Shown in pieces: positions 12,961-22,620 of a stretch of 64,000 nt of DNA. The translations under genes were made by a program, and so were the position numbers. The notes beneath the pieces are model-generated. The model was not told the DNA's origin, ran no database searches, and saw only the letters and a program-made list of their open reading frames with translations. Origin of the DNA: an uncultured Solirubrobacteraceae bacterium (GTDB lineage: Bacteria > Actinomycetota > Thermoleophilia > Solirubrobacterales > Solirubrobacteraceae); NCBI GenBank assembly GCA_964588985.1, contig CAZPQW010000001.1:160001-224000 (forward strand), in the 5' to 3' direction. The number at the start of each line of letters is the position of its first letter. Positions within the stretch are counted from its first letter, which is position 1.

Positions 12961-15900
12961 TTACGGAAGCGTTCCGCCGCCGAAGTTCGTCAGCCTGACC
13001 GCGCCATCCCGGGCGGTGAGGTTGAGGTAGCCGGCGCCCTGGTAGGTGCTGTCGGTCGCCGACAGGATCCGTGTCCAGGCGCCGGCGTCGAATCGCCACA
13101 GCTCCAGTTTCGTGCCGATCGCCCGGAGCAGCAGCTGATCGCCTGGGTTGAGCGTGGGGCCGTTGACGCTCGCGAGCGTGATGCTCGTGGTCCCGTTGAC
13201 GCGGCAGATGATCTTGTACTGATCCGCCTGGCTGGAGCGATAGATGTAGTACGCCTGGTAGCCGCTCGCGTTGGCCGCGCCGGGGTTCTGGAAGCGAAGC
13301 CCGAGCACGACCGGGTCCTGATCGAGGTTCGGCTTGACGGCCACGGTGATCCACACCTCGCTGTTGGGGCCGTACGTCTGGGGGTTCCAGAAGTCGGCGT
13401 TGCTGCCTGAGCGTCCTGTGATCTGCTGTTTTGTGACGAACAGATCGTTGGTGGAGCTGGTGCTCGAGACGAGCATGTGCGTCCAGTTGGGGCCCGGCGG
13501 TCCGGTGTTGTCCGCGCGCGCGAAGTTGTCCAGCAGCGGCGTCTGCGGTCCCGCCGCCGAGGCCACGACGCCGCTGGCGGTCGAGCTGGCCGCTGTGGAG
13601 CCGGCGACGTTGCTCGCGGTCACCGTCACGATCAGCGTGGAGCCGACGTCAGCGGAGAGCGCGGTGTAGCTCGACGCGGTCGCGCCCGCAATGGCGGCGC
13701 AGCTCTGCCCGAGGCTGTTGCACCGTTCCCACTGGTATGCGAGCGAGGGCGCCGGATAGCCCGACCAGGAGCCACCCGAAGCCGTCAGCGTGGCTCCCTC
13801 CGTGGCGCTGCCCGAGATCGACGGCGGCGAGACGCTCACGGGCGGTCCGGTGACGACGGCGCTCACGGCCGAGCTGGCCTGTGCGGAGCCGACGCCGTTG
13901 GACGCCTGCACGATCGCCGCGACCGTGGAGCCGACGTCCGCCGCTTCGAGTGTGTAGGTGGAGGCGTTCGCGGCGGCGATGGGGTTGCAGTTGGCGCCGT
14001 TCTGGTCGCAGCGCTGCCACTGGTAGGCAAACGTCGGCGCTGGGTAGCCCGACCAGGAGCCGGGGGATGCCGACAGCGTCTGCCCCTGTGTGGCCGACCC
14101 CGAGAGCATCGGGGGGGAGGTGATCGCGGGGGGCCCGGTGACGATCGCGCTCGGGCTCGACGTTGCTTGCGCGGAGCCGGCGCTGTTGGACGCTTCCGCG
14201 ACCACCACGATGGTCGAGCCCGCGTCTGCGGCTTCGAGTGTGTAGGTGGAGGCGTTCGCGGCGGCGATGGGGTTGCAGTTGGCGCCGTTCTGGTCGCAGC
14301 GCTGCCACTGGTAGGCAAACGTCGGCGCTGGGTAGCCCGACCAGGAGCCGGGGGATGCCGACAGCGTCTGCCCCTGTGTGGCCGACCCCGAGATCGTCGG
14401 TGGGGAGGTGCTTTCCGGTTTGGCGGTCACGACGGCCGTCTGGCTGGATTCGGCGAAGGCCGAGCCCGCGCTCGTGGTGGCGGTCACCTGCACCCTGAGG
14501 GTGAGCCCCATGTCGGCGGCTTCGGGTGTGTAGCCGGCTGAGGTCGCGCCGGTGATGGGCCAGCAGCTCATGCCGTTGACGTCGCAGCGCAGCCACTGGT
14601 ACGTGAACGTCGTCGGAGAACCCGTCCAGGAGCCGGTGGAGGCGCTCAGGGCCTGTCCGACGGTCGCCGATCCGGAGATTTCGGGGAGTGACGTGTTGGC
14701 CGGTGCGACGACGGTCCAGCTGTAGCTGGCGGTGACGGCTTTTCCGGCAGCGTCCGCAGCCTGCACGACGAACTTGTGGGAGCCCGCCCCGAGTGTGCTG
14801 TACGCCTGGCTCGTTGGGGTCGTGCACGGTAGCCAGGAGCCGCTGTCGAGCTGGCACTGCACCGTCGAGATCGCGTCGTTAACAGAGAAGCTGAAGTTCG
14901 CGGAGGTTTGCGCGGTCGGGTTGGCCGGTCGCGAGGCCGCCGTGATGCTCACCGCGATCGATGACGGATCGAGGGTGATGGCTGTGACCGTCCCGGTCAA
15001 CGTGGGCCCGCCCGTCTGCAACGCGTACGGCGGATAGAGCGGCTGGCTCTGAGTGGAGAGGTATGGAGAGCTCGCCACCACATAGCGTCCCGTCGGGTCC
15101 ACGTCCAGCCCGGTCGTCCTGTGCATATGGGTGTCGTTGGCGACTGTGGCTGCGATCCGCGGGCTCAGCGGATTGGAGATGTCGACCGCCGCCACGGTCG
15201 CCACCCCTGACGCCGACACATACGCAAAGGCCCCGTGCACCCGCACCCGATATGCCCCGTTCAACGTCGAGCTGGCCACTGACGTCACCACCTGGGGATT
15301 GGCCGGATTGCTCACATCCACCACCGTCAGGCGCCCGGGTGAGATCTGATCGGTGACGTACGCGTACTGGCCGCTCACCGCCACGTCCACCGGGAAGTTC
15401 AGGTTCGTGGTGTCCTTGAGCGACGCGACGATCGTCGGGTTGAGCGGGTTGGAGATGTCCAGCACGGTCAGGCGATCCTGGCTGGCCGCGGTGACGTAGG
15501 CGTAGTTACCGGAGATCGCGACCGACGTCGCGTGCCCAAACGCGCCTGACCCGGTCCACGGCGCCGGAAGCGCGTTGTTGTGCAGCGCCGCGACGATCGA
15601 CGGCGACGCCGGATTGCTGATGTCGATCACCGCGAACGCGTTGCCCACCGAGGAGTTCGGACACGGCTGACCGCTCAAGCAGCCCTGTGCGGCGACGAAC
15701 GCGTAGTGACCCGAGACCGCCACGCCGTAAGCGCCGAACAGACTGTTGGCATCTCTCACCGAGCCGACGATGGCGGGAGACGCGGGATTGGTCGCGATAT
15801 CGAGGATCGTGAGGCTGTTCCCCGTCCCATCGTCATTGCTGCCCGATCCACTCGGACCATTGCGGTTCTTCGAAGCTACATAGGCATAGCCGCCGACGAT

Positions 15901-16311
15901 GTTGACCGTGGATCCGTTCAGGAGCCCGTTGCTGGCTTCGCTCGAGCCCGCGATCGTCGGCAACGCCGGATTCGAGATGTCGATCGCGGTCAGCCTGCCC
16001 GCGTAGTAGTTCGTCACATACGCGTAGTGGCCCGCCGCCGCCACCGACGTGGTGCCCGGCAGCGTCACCGAATCGCTGATCCAGCCGCTCACCAACGGAT
16101 TCACGACCGCCTCGGCACTCGCCGGCCCGAGAGCCATGGTCGCCGCGATGGCGACGATCACCGACCATGAGCGCAACAGACGCCCGATGAGCGAACTCCT
16201 GCCATCGGCCGATCCCTGCCGCTTACAACTCTCCACCGCCGCCTCCGTGCCTTCTCGATGTCGGTGCTGCCGCCATTCCAGGGCTTCGAAGGCAAATCGT
16301 AGCGCAGGCAA
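12961..16311 (-). CDS. Large secreted LVIVD-repeat protein with Ig-like repeats and C-terminal beta-sandwich (start uncertain, possibly near 16176)
   Basis: Signal-like VIVAIAATMALGPASAEA. The propeller region is paralogous to 5844-7790. Four ~96-aa P.ISG...GSW...YQW.RC repeats. Confidence 0.88.
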   Translation of the reverse strand: MPALRFAFEALEWRQHRHREGTEAAVESCKRQGSADGRSSLIGRLLRSWSVIVAIAATMALGPASAEAVVNPLVSGWISDSVTLPGTTSVAAAGHYAYVTNYYAGRLTAIDISNPALPTIAGSSEASNGLLNGSTVNIVGGYAYVASKNRNGPSGSGSNDDGTGNSLTILDIATNPASPAIVGSVRDANSLFGAYGVAVSGHYAFVAAQGCLSGQPCPNSSVGNAFAVIDISNPASPSIVAALHNNALPAPWTGSGAFGHATSVAISGNYAYVTAASQDRLTVLDISNPLNPTIVASLKDTTNLNFPVDVAVSGQYAYVTDQISPGRLTVVDVSNPANPQVVTSVASSTLNGAYRVRVHGAFAYVSASGVATVAAVDISNPLSPRIAATVANDTHMHRTTGLDVDPTGRYVVASSPYLSTQSQPLYPPYALQTGGPTLTGTVTAITLDPSSIAVSITAASRPANPTAQTSANFSFSVNDAISTVQCQLDSGSWLPCTTPTSQAYSTLGAGSHKFVVQAADAAGKAVTASYSWTVVAPANTSLPEISGSATVGQALSASTGSWTGSPTTFTYQWLRCDVNGMSCWPITGATSAGYTPEAADMGLTLRVQVTATTSAGSAFAESSQTAVVTAKPESTSPPTISGSATQGQTLSASPGSWSGYPAPTFAYQWQRCDQNGANCNPIAAANASTYTLEAADAGSTIVVVAEASNSAGSAQATSSPSAIVTGPPAITSPPMLSGSATQGQTLSASPGSWSGYPAPTFAYQWQRCDQNGANCNPIAAANASTYTLEAADVGSTVAAIVQASNGVGSAQASSAVSAVVTGPPVSVSPPSISGSATEGATLTASGGSWSGYPAPSLAYQWERCNSLGQSCAAIAGATASSYTALSADVGSTLIVTVTASNVAGSTAASSTASGVVASAAGPQTPLLDNFARADNTGPPGPNWTHMLVSSTSSTNDLFVTKQQITGRSGSNADFWNPQTYGPNSEVWITVAVKPNLDQDPVVLGLRFQNPGAANASGYQAYYIYRSSQADQYKIICRVNGTTSITLASVNGPTLNPGDQLLLRAIGTKLELWRFDAGAWTRILSATDSTYQGAGYLNLTARDGAVRLTNFGGGTLP
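13943..14393. repeat. Intragenic direct repeat: 13943-14105 identical to 14231-14393 (period 288 bp)
   Basis: Direct nucleotide comparison; 163 bp identical by eye. Confidence 0.9.
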
Positions 16312-16498
16312 TTGTCATTGACTAGGGCTTGCAAGCCGCCGCGCAACGACTGCTCCAGGATTAATGTCCAGAGTTGGGGCCCGAAGCTCGATGTTCGTCG
16401 CGGGTGCTCCGATGAGCACTCCATAGCCACTCGCAGCCGGCCGATCGGGGGGCACTCCGAGGCGCTGCCGTAGCCCACGGGCCCCAAAAAGGAGTCTC

Positions 16499-17929
16499 AT
16501 GTCAGTGCTGTCAGCTCGGCGCTCGTCGGCGGCCAAAGGCCGCTCGCTGATCATCGGTGCAATCTTCTGGTGCATCCTCAGCCTGACGCTGATGGCAAGC
16601 GCAGGCTCGTCTCGCGCGGCCGGCGCTCACACGTCAGCGAAGGCGAACCAGCGTGCGAGGTCCGCTGCATCACGTAGCTCGTGCGTCCCGGCTGGACGTC
16701 GTCGTGCGCGGCGGACCGCGGTCAAGCCATGCAAGGCCACGGGGCACAAGCGGTCGCAGCTCAGGATCTCAGTCGGCAAAGTGCGTCGAAAGAAGCCCGC
16801 GACCGGCGCATCGGGGCAGGCGCAGTTGCCCACGACGCTGGTCGGAGCGACGCTTCCGAGCGAAGCGACTCCTCCGGTTGAACAGGCTCCGCCAGCCGAA
16901 AAACGGGTTCCACCGGTAGCCCCTCCGGTCAAGGCGCCTCCCGTCGAAGCTCCGCCGGTCGAAACCCCGCCCGTCGAAACCCCACCGGCCGTCGAAACCC
17001 CACCGGCCGAACCCGCTCCATTCCGCTTCTTCGCTCCGACGAGCTTCTGGAACGAACCGGTTCCTGCGGGTGCGCTCCTGGACTCGAGCTCCGCCTCGGT
17101 GGTGGCTGCGTTGAACGCGGAAGAGCTGGCTGAGCAGAGCGCCAAACACGGCCCCGCGATCAACACGACGAGCTGGTCGGTGCCGATCTACACGGTGCCG
17201 TCCGGCCAGCCGACGGTCACCGTGTCGCTCGTCAACCACGTCGCGGCCTCGTTGCAGTCGGCGTGGAACGCGGTTCCGCTGCCGGCAAACGCCCAGGCGG
17301 CAGCCGGAACGGACAAGCACCTCGTGGTCTGGCAGCCGAGCACGGACCGGATGTGGGAGTTCTGGCGTCTGGAAAAGGTCGGCGAAGCGTGGAGCGCGTC
17401 GTGGGGCGGAGCGATGCAGGGCGTGTCCGGCAGGGGAGGTGTGTACAGCTCCGAAGCGTGGCCGGGTGCGTCGAGCACGTGGGGTGCGTCGGCGTCATCG
17501 TTGCCGCTCGTCGGCGGGCTCATCACGCTCGAGGATCTCGAAAAGGGCAAGATCAACCACGCGCTGGCGATTTCCATTCCGAACGTGCGCGCGGGCGTTT
17601 ACGCGTCGCCGGCTCAGCGCACGGATGGCACGTCGGCAGAACCGTCCTCGTTGCCCGAGGGTGCGCATCTGCGGCTGGATCCGACTCTCGATCTTTCGTC
17701 GCTGCATCTGCCGCCGCTGACGTTGATGATGGCCGAAGCCGCTCAGCGCTACGGGATCTTCGTACGGGACAAGGCGTCGAACCTGGCCTTCTACGCCGAA
17801 GATCCCACGCCGACCGGCAGCAACCCTTACTCGGGCTCGCACGGCTATTTCGAAGGGCAGTCGCCATCGAAACTGCTGGCCTCGTTCCCGTGGAGCCACC
17901 TCCAGCTACTCAAGATGGAACTGCACTGA
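16499..17929 (+). CDS. Secreted/membrane-anchored protein with Pro-rich linker and uncharacterised C-terminal domain
   Basis: AAGGAG SD; hydrophobic N-terminal segment; basic region; PPVE(T/A) repeats; domain with GASASSLPLVGGLI, INHALA, RTDG, PEGAHLRLDP. Confidence 0.85.
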   Translation: MSVLSARRSSAAKGRSLIIGAIFWCILSLTLMASAGSSRAAGAHTSAKANQRARSAASRSSCVPAGRRRARRTAVKPCKATGHKRSQLRISVGKVRRKKPATGASGQAQLPTTLVGATLPSEATPPVEQAPPAEKRVPPVAPPVKAPPVEAPPVETPPVETPPAVETPPAEPAPFRFFAPTSFWNEPVPAGALLDSSSASVVAALNAEELAEQSAKHGPAINTTSWSVPIYTVPSGQPTVTVSLVNHVAASLQSAWNAVPLPANAQAAAGTDKHLVVWQPSTDRMWEFWRLEKVGEAWSASWGGAMQGVSGRGGVYSSEAWPGASSTWGASASSLPLVGGLITLEDLEKGKINHALAISIPNVRAGVYASPAQRTDGTSAEPSSLPEGAHLRLDPTLDLSSLHLPPLTLMMAEAAQRYGIFVRDKASNLAFYAEDPTPTGSNPYSGSHGYFEGQSPSKLLASFPWSHLQLLKMELH

Positions 17930-18992
17930 ACCACATAGGTGGAACTGCGGTGAACTGCGTCGCTGTATAGCGGTGTACATGTAGGCTGCCGCGATGATCG
18001 TTGCTCTGGGGGCCGCGGCTCGTTCGTGCCTGATCGCGCTCGTGCTTCTCGCGAGCGCGGGCGCCTCCGCGTCTCCGGCCGACCCCTTCCGGTTCTTTGC
18101 TCCTGGAAGCTTCTGGAACGCGGTGCCGCCGGCCGGCGCCCCGCTGGATAACGGCTCCACCGCGGCGGTGGCCGCCCTGAGGAAGATCGAGCTGGCTGAG
18201 CAGAGCGCCAAACACGGCCCTACGATCAACACGACGAGCTGGTCGGTGCCGATCTACACGGTGCCGTCCGGCCAGCCGAAAGTGCCCGTGACGCTTGTCA
18301 ACAACGTAATGGCCTCGTTGCAGTTGGCGTGGAACGCGGTTCCGCTGCCGGCAAACGCGCAGGCGGCTGCTGGGGGGGATGAGCAGCTCGTGGTCTGGCA
18401 GCCGAGCAGGGACCGGATGTGGGAGTTCTGGCGTCTGGAAGAGGTCGACGAAGCGTGGAGCGCGTCGTGGGGAGGTGCGATGCGCGAAGTGAGCGCCAAC
18501 TCGGGTGTGTACGGCCCCGAAGCGTGGCGGGGCGCGTCGAGCACGTGGGGTGCGTCGGCGTCTTCGTTGCCGCTCGTGGGTGGGCTGATCACGCTCGAGG
18601 ATCTCGAAAAGGGGACGATCAACCACGCGCTGGCGATTTCCGTTCCGAACGTGCGCGCGGGCGTTTATGCGTCGCCGGCTCAGCGCACGGATGGCACGTC
18701 GGCAGAACCGTCGTCGCTACCCGAGGGCGCGCATCTGCGGCTCGACCCGACTCTCGACCTCGCGTCGCTGCACCTGCCGCCGCTGACCTTGATGATGGCC
18801 GAAGCCGCTCAGCGCTACGGGATCTTCGTGAGGGACAGGGCCTCGAACCTGGCCTTCTACGCCCAGGACCCGACACCGACGGGCTCCAATCCCTACCTGG
18901 GCGTAGGCGGCTATTTCGAAGGGCAGTCGCCATCGAAACTGCTGGCTTCGTTCCCCTGGGGCCACCTCCAGCTGCTCAAGATGGAACTGCAC
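17021..18992 (+). repeat. Tandem duplication: 17021-17926 vs 18087-18992
   Basis: Same 1066-bp offset at both ends; long identical nucleotide runs. Confidence 0.9.
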
Positions 18993-19004
18993 GCAACCTC
19001 ATAA
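17994..19004 (+). CDS. Secreted paralogue of the preceding C-terminal domain
   Basis: Signal peptide followed by a near-identical copy of the ~300-aa domain. Confidence 0.85.
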   Translation: MIVALGAAARSCLIALVLLASAGASASPADPFRFFAPGSFWNAVPPAGAPLDNGSTAAVAALRKIELAEQSAKHGPTINTTSWSVPIYTVPSGQPKVPVTLVNNVMASLQLAWNAVPLPANAQAAAGGDEQLVVWQPSRDRMWEFWRLEEVDEAWSASWGGAMREVSANSGVYGPEAWRGASSTWGASASSLPLVGGLITLEDLEKGTINHALAISVPNVRAGVYASPAQRTDGTSAEPSSLPEGAHLRLDPTLDLASLHLPPLTLMMAEAAQRYGIFVRDRASNLAFYAQDPTPTGSNPYLGVGGYFEGQSPSKLLASFPWGHLQLLKMELHATS

Positions 19005-19036
19005 AGGCCGAGGCGCGGCGCTAGAGTTGAACGTGG

Positions 19037-20200
19037 ATGGCCAGCTCGCACGCCGAACAGCAACTCATCCTGCTCAGCGCCGGCACGGCTGCCAGACGGC
19101 GGGCGATGGGAGAGCGCGCCGAGCGGCTGGTGGCGGACGTGGACTGGCCACGACTCGCCGAGACGCTGCGCCTTCGCAGGCTGCTCCCCACACTCGGTCC
19201 ACGCATCGTCGAGCTCGCGCAGGGACGTGCGAGTGACGATTTCGGCGCGACGGTGGAGCAGGCGATAACGGCAGGGCGTCGGCACGGAGCCTTCCTGCAA
19301 CTCGTATCCCTGCGCGCCATCGCCATGCTCGCCGACGCGGGGATTCGCTCGGTCGCACTGAAGGGGCCGCTCTTGGGCGAGGCCATATACGGCGATCCCG
19401 GACGGCGTCCCTCCAGCGACATAGATCTGCTGGTCGCACCGGAGCAGCTGCAGGCGGCGGTGGAGGTGATACGCCGGCTCGACTACGGTGCGCCGACCGA
19501 TTACGTGGACGACCGTGGTCTGCCCCTGCTGCACCTGATGCTTGTCCACGAGCGGGAAGAGCTGCCACCGGTCGAGCTCCACTGGCGCGTGCACTGGTAT
19601 GAGGAGAGCTTCGCGCGCGAGCGGCTGCTGCCGGCTGCCGTGGAGCCCCTGGGCCGCTGGCGCCCCGCGCCTGCCGACGAGCTGACCGGCCTGCTGCTGT
19701 TCTACGCGAGGGATGGCTTCGTCGACCTGCGCTTGGCGAGCGACCTGAGCGCCTGGTGGGACATCCATGGCGCCGACCTGCCCTCCGGCGCGCTCCAGGA
19801 GCAACTGCGCGCCTATCCGGCGCTTGCGCGCGTGATCCCGGCTGCGGCCAGGGTGGCCGAGAAGACGGTGGGCCTGCCGGCGGCGCAGATCATCGGGGGC
19901 ATTCCGAGGCTGGGTGTCCGCCAACGCATGGCTGTGCGGCTCGCGAATCCCAATCCGCACTCGAGCCGATCGCAGCTCTTCGCCGACATCGGCCTGATCG
20001 ACGGGCTGTTGATGCCACATGGTGACTTCGGTGCGTTCGTGCGGCGCCAGGTGCTGCCTCCACCCGAGGTCTTGGATCAGCACGCGCGGCACGCCGCGAG
20101 ACGACGAGCCAGAACGCCCCTGGGCCGCGGCGCGGGCGTGCTGGGGCGGTATGGGCTGACCATGACTCGACTGCTGCGCGCCCCCGAAACGCTGCGCTGA
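19037..20200 (+). CDS. Uncharacterised nucleotidyltransferase family protein (NTP_transf_5-like, lasso-cluster type)
   Basis: ALKGP, RPSSDIDLLV and VELHWR motifs. Confidence 0.85.
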   Translation: MASSHAEQQLILLSAGTAARRRAMGERAERLVADVDWPRLAETLRLRRLLPTLGPRIVELAQGRASDDFGATVEQAITAGRRHGAFLQLVSLRAIAMLADAGIRSVALKGPLLGEAIYGDPGRRPSSDIDLLVAPEQLQAAVEVIRRLDYGAPTDYVDDRGLPLLHLMLVHEREELPPVELHWRVHWYEESFARERLLPAAVEPLGRWRPAPADELTGLLLFYARDGFVDLRLASDLSAWWDIHGADLPSGALQEQLRAYPALARVIPAAARVAEKTVGLPAAQIIGGIPRLGVRQRMAVRLANPNPHSSRSQLFADIGLIDGLLMPHGDFGAFVRRQVLPPPEVLDQHARHAARRRARTPLGRGAGVLGRYGLTMTRLLRAPETLR

Positions 20201-20203
20201 GGC

Positions 20204-21244
20204 TCACTGCGCCGAGCGTCGACTCCCGTCGAGCGCCGCCGCCGAGTACAGCTTTCGTAGGCGAGCGTCGATGGTCTCGACGCTTCGCGTCTCCAGGCAG
20301 AACCGCCGGCCGCGTTCGCCCATGGTCCGCGCGAGCTCGGGGTCGGCCAACAGGTCCGTGAGGCGGTCGGCGAGGCCGATCTCGTCATCGACCGGGACGA
20401 GCACACCGCCTCCCTCGCCGGCGAGCTCGGGGATGCCTCCAACCGGTGTGCTCACGAACGGCCGTCCCAGGCTCATCGCCTCCGCCAGGACCATCGGCAT
20501 TCCCTCCGCGCGCGAGGGCAGAGCCACGACCCGGGCGCGTCGCAGGATCTCCTTCATCTCCGCCGGATCGGCCGGCGGGCGCACCACGAGGCGCTCCGTG
20601 TCGGGAGGCGCGAAGTCGCCTGCTGGGCCTGCCATCAGGCAGCTTGCTTCGGGGCGTCTTTGCGCTACCAGCTGCCATGCGCGAAGCAACACGTCGGCGC
20701 CCTTGCGCAGGCCGATCTCGCCGGCGAATACGACGAGCTCGTCGGTCTGGTCCGCGGGCAGGAAGCTGTCGTCGACGAACACGGGATTGGGCACGATCTC
20801 GGAGTGAACGTCGGGCGCGCGGCGTCTGACCACATCGAGCACTTCCTGGTCCAGGCAGGTCACGAGGTCGGCGCGTCTCAAGACAGCGGAGACGAGTCGT
20901 GGGTGCTTGCTCGCGAAGGGTACGAATGACGCACCGTGAATCGTGGCGACCGTGACGAGCCCTCTCCTGTCTGCCAGTGCGACCAGTGCCCCCTCTCGGA
21001 GGAAGGAGCCTCTCTCTGAGAGATGTATGTGGGCCACCTGGCCGGCGGGCATCCGCAACAGCGCCCGAGCCGAAGCGGCGAAGAGACGAGTTGTGGCCAG
21101 GAGCGACCGCGGGCTCCAAGTCGCATGGAAGTCGACGATGTCGCCTCCGATCCCGTGCTCGGTGAGCACCCGGATCACGGTGGCCATGCCGCCGACGGTG
21201 GCCGGATCCGGCCCGAAGTGACGAACGACCAAGCCGCGTGTCAC
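20204..21244 (-). CDS. Glycosyltransferase family 4
   Basis: GGMATV, RKGADVLL, PSRAEGMPMVLAEAM, VGGIPE. GTGA overlap with the upstream stop. Confidence 0.9.
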   Translation of the reverse strand: MTRGLVVRHFGPDPATVGGMATVIRVLTEHGIGGDIVDFHATWSPRSLLATTRLFAASARALLRMPAGQVAHIHLSERGSFLREGALVALADRRGLVTVATIHGASFVPFASKHPRLVSAVLRRADLVTCLDQEVLDVVRRRAPDVHSEIVPNPVFVDDSFLPADQTDELVVFAGEIGLRKGADVLLRAWQLVAQRRPEASCLMAGPAGDFAPPDTERLVVRPPADPAEMKEILRRARVVALPSRAEGMPMVLAEAMSLGRPFVSTPVGGIPELAGEGGGVLVPVDDEIGLADRLTDLLADPELARTMGERGRRFCLETRSVETIDARLRKLYSAAALDGSRRSAQ

Positions 21245-22542
21245 ACGGCTCGCGGGATCGGCGCTCGCTTTGTCGCGATGCCAGGCAAGCTCAGGGCGGC
21301 AACGACGATCAGCGCGGCCGCGTAGCACGTGGGGCTGTTGAGAAGCGTGTTGTCCGCGAGTGAGTTCACGAGACAACCGGCGATGACGGCGAGTCCAAGC
21401 GCCGGTGCGTTGAGCGTGCCCGCACCCAATGTGCCGTCGATCTTTCGCATGCGGAAGAAGCGAAGGATCAGCATTGTCAGGCTCGCGAGCAGGATCATCA
21501 GACCGACGACGCCGGTCTCGACGAGGTATCGCAGATATTCGTTGTGGGGCAGGAGATAGTTCAGCCGATTCTTGGCGGTGCTTTCGGTGGTGGTCGTCGT
21601 GCCAAGTCCTCGGCCCACGACGGGGGATTTTTCCCACTCCGGTAGGAGTGTCTTCCACCTATACAGACGCGTGTCGAGCGAGCTGGTTGTTTCCCCGCGA
21701 TCGGCGGCCGCGAGGCTTGTCGACGACTCGCCCGCGACGCGCTGGGAGCCGAGTGGCGTCGCGAAGAACACCAGGACGACGGCCGCCGCGATCGCGCAGG
21801 GCACGAGCTTGACTCGGAAGGAACCGGTGTGCAGCGCGCCAAATGTGACCAGCATCGCGGCCAGGGTCAGCAGGCCGTCGATGCTGAAAGTCGCGACCAG
21901 AGCTGCTGCGAACAGTGTCACGAGAAGCGCGTCGGATCGCCGTTTCCCGCTGTCGAGGTACAGCCAGAGCGAGGCTGTGGCCGCGATCGCAAAGAACATC
22001 GCCGCGCTGTTCGGATGTGCAAACGTTCCGTTTGCCCGGATGTTGTTCGCGACGAGCTTGCCTGTGTGCGTCGCGAGCTGGTAGAGGGCGAGGATCGCGG
22101 GAGCGAAGCCGATGAGCTGAACCAGACGAGCGGCGGTGGGAACGTTCACTGCGCCACGTGCGTTGTACACGATCACCGCAAGCGCGAGGACCGAAACCTC
22201 GCGCACACCCTCGCGAAGCGTCTCGGTCGATGCGCCGCTGGTGTTCAGCGCTATGGCTGTCCATACACACAGCCACACCCCAGCCACGACCGTGGGCACC
22301 ATGCCGCGGCGACGGCGCAGCAGCAGACCCACCGCCAGGAGGATGAACAGCACGGCGATCACTCCCGACAGGTTGAGACTGCCGGAGTGACGGCTGTCCG
22401 GCGCGGAGCGGTCGTCGTTCAGCACGCGCACGAACAGCATCGCGCCGAGAAATGGCACCAGCAGGAGGTTGAGACCGCCCGCCAAGCCGAGCCCACGACG
22501 CCACGTGGACAGACTGGTTCGCTGTGATGGCCAAGCGCTCAT
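21241..22542 (-). CDS. O-antigen ligase / Wzy_C family membrane protein
   Basis: Multiple TM helices; RANGTFAHPN, R...W, GRGLG, PHNEYLRYLVETGVVG. Confidence 0.88.
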   Translation of the reverse strand: MSAWPSQRTSLSTWRRGLGLAGGLNLLLVPFLGAMLFVRVLNDDRSAPDSRHSGSLNLSGVIAVLFILLAVGLLLRRRRGMVPTVVAGVWLCVWTAIALNTSGASTETLREGVREVSVLALAVIVYNARGAVNVPTAARLVQLIGFAPAILALYQLATHTGKLVANNIRANGTFAHPNSAAMFFAIAATASLWLYLDSGKRRSDALLVTLFAAALVATFSIDGLLTLAAMLVTFGALHTGSFRVKLVPCAIAAAVVLVFFATPLGSQRVAGESSTSLAAADRGETTSSLDTRLYRWKTLLPEWEKSPVVGRGLGTTTTTESTAKNRLNYLLPHNEYLRYLVETGVVGLMILLASLTMLILRFFRMRKIDGTLGAGTLNAPALGLAVIAGCLVNSLADNTLLNSPTCYAAALIVVAALSLPGIATKRAPIPRAV

Positions 22543-22620
22543 CCGGGCACCTCTGCTTCTTCGGGCCACCGGCAAAAGGCCCCCTCTAGACATATACGAG
22601 GTCGGGTAGTCTACAGGTCA

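Noticed and set aside
16312-16498. Possible riboswitch in this divergent intergenic region (also 42651-42877)
   Set aside because: I could not match conserved riboswitch motifs by eye. An Infernal/Rfam scan would be needed.
16870-17010. Short tandem repeats resembling a CRISPR array or VNTR
   Set aside because: They encode an in-frame PPVE(T/A) linker and have no unique spacers or cas genes.
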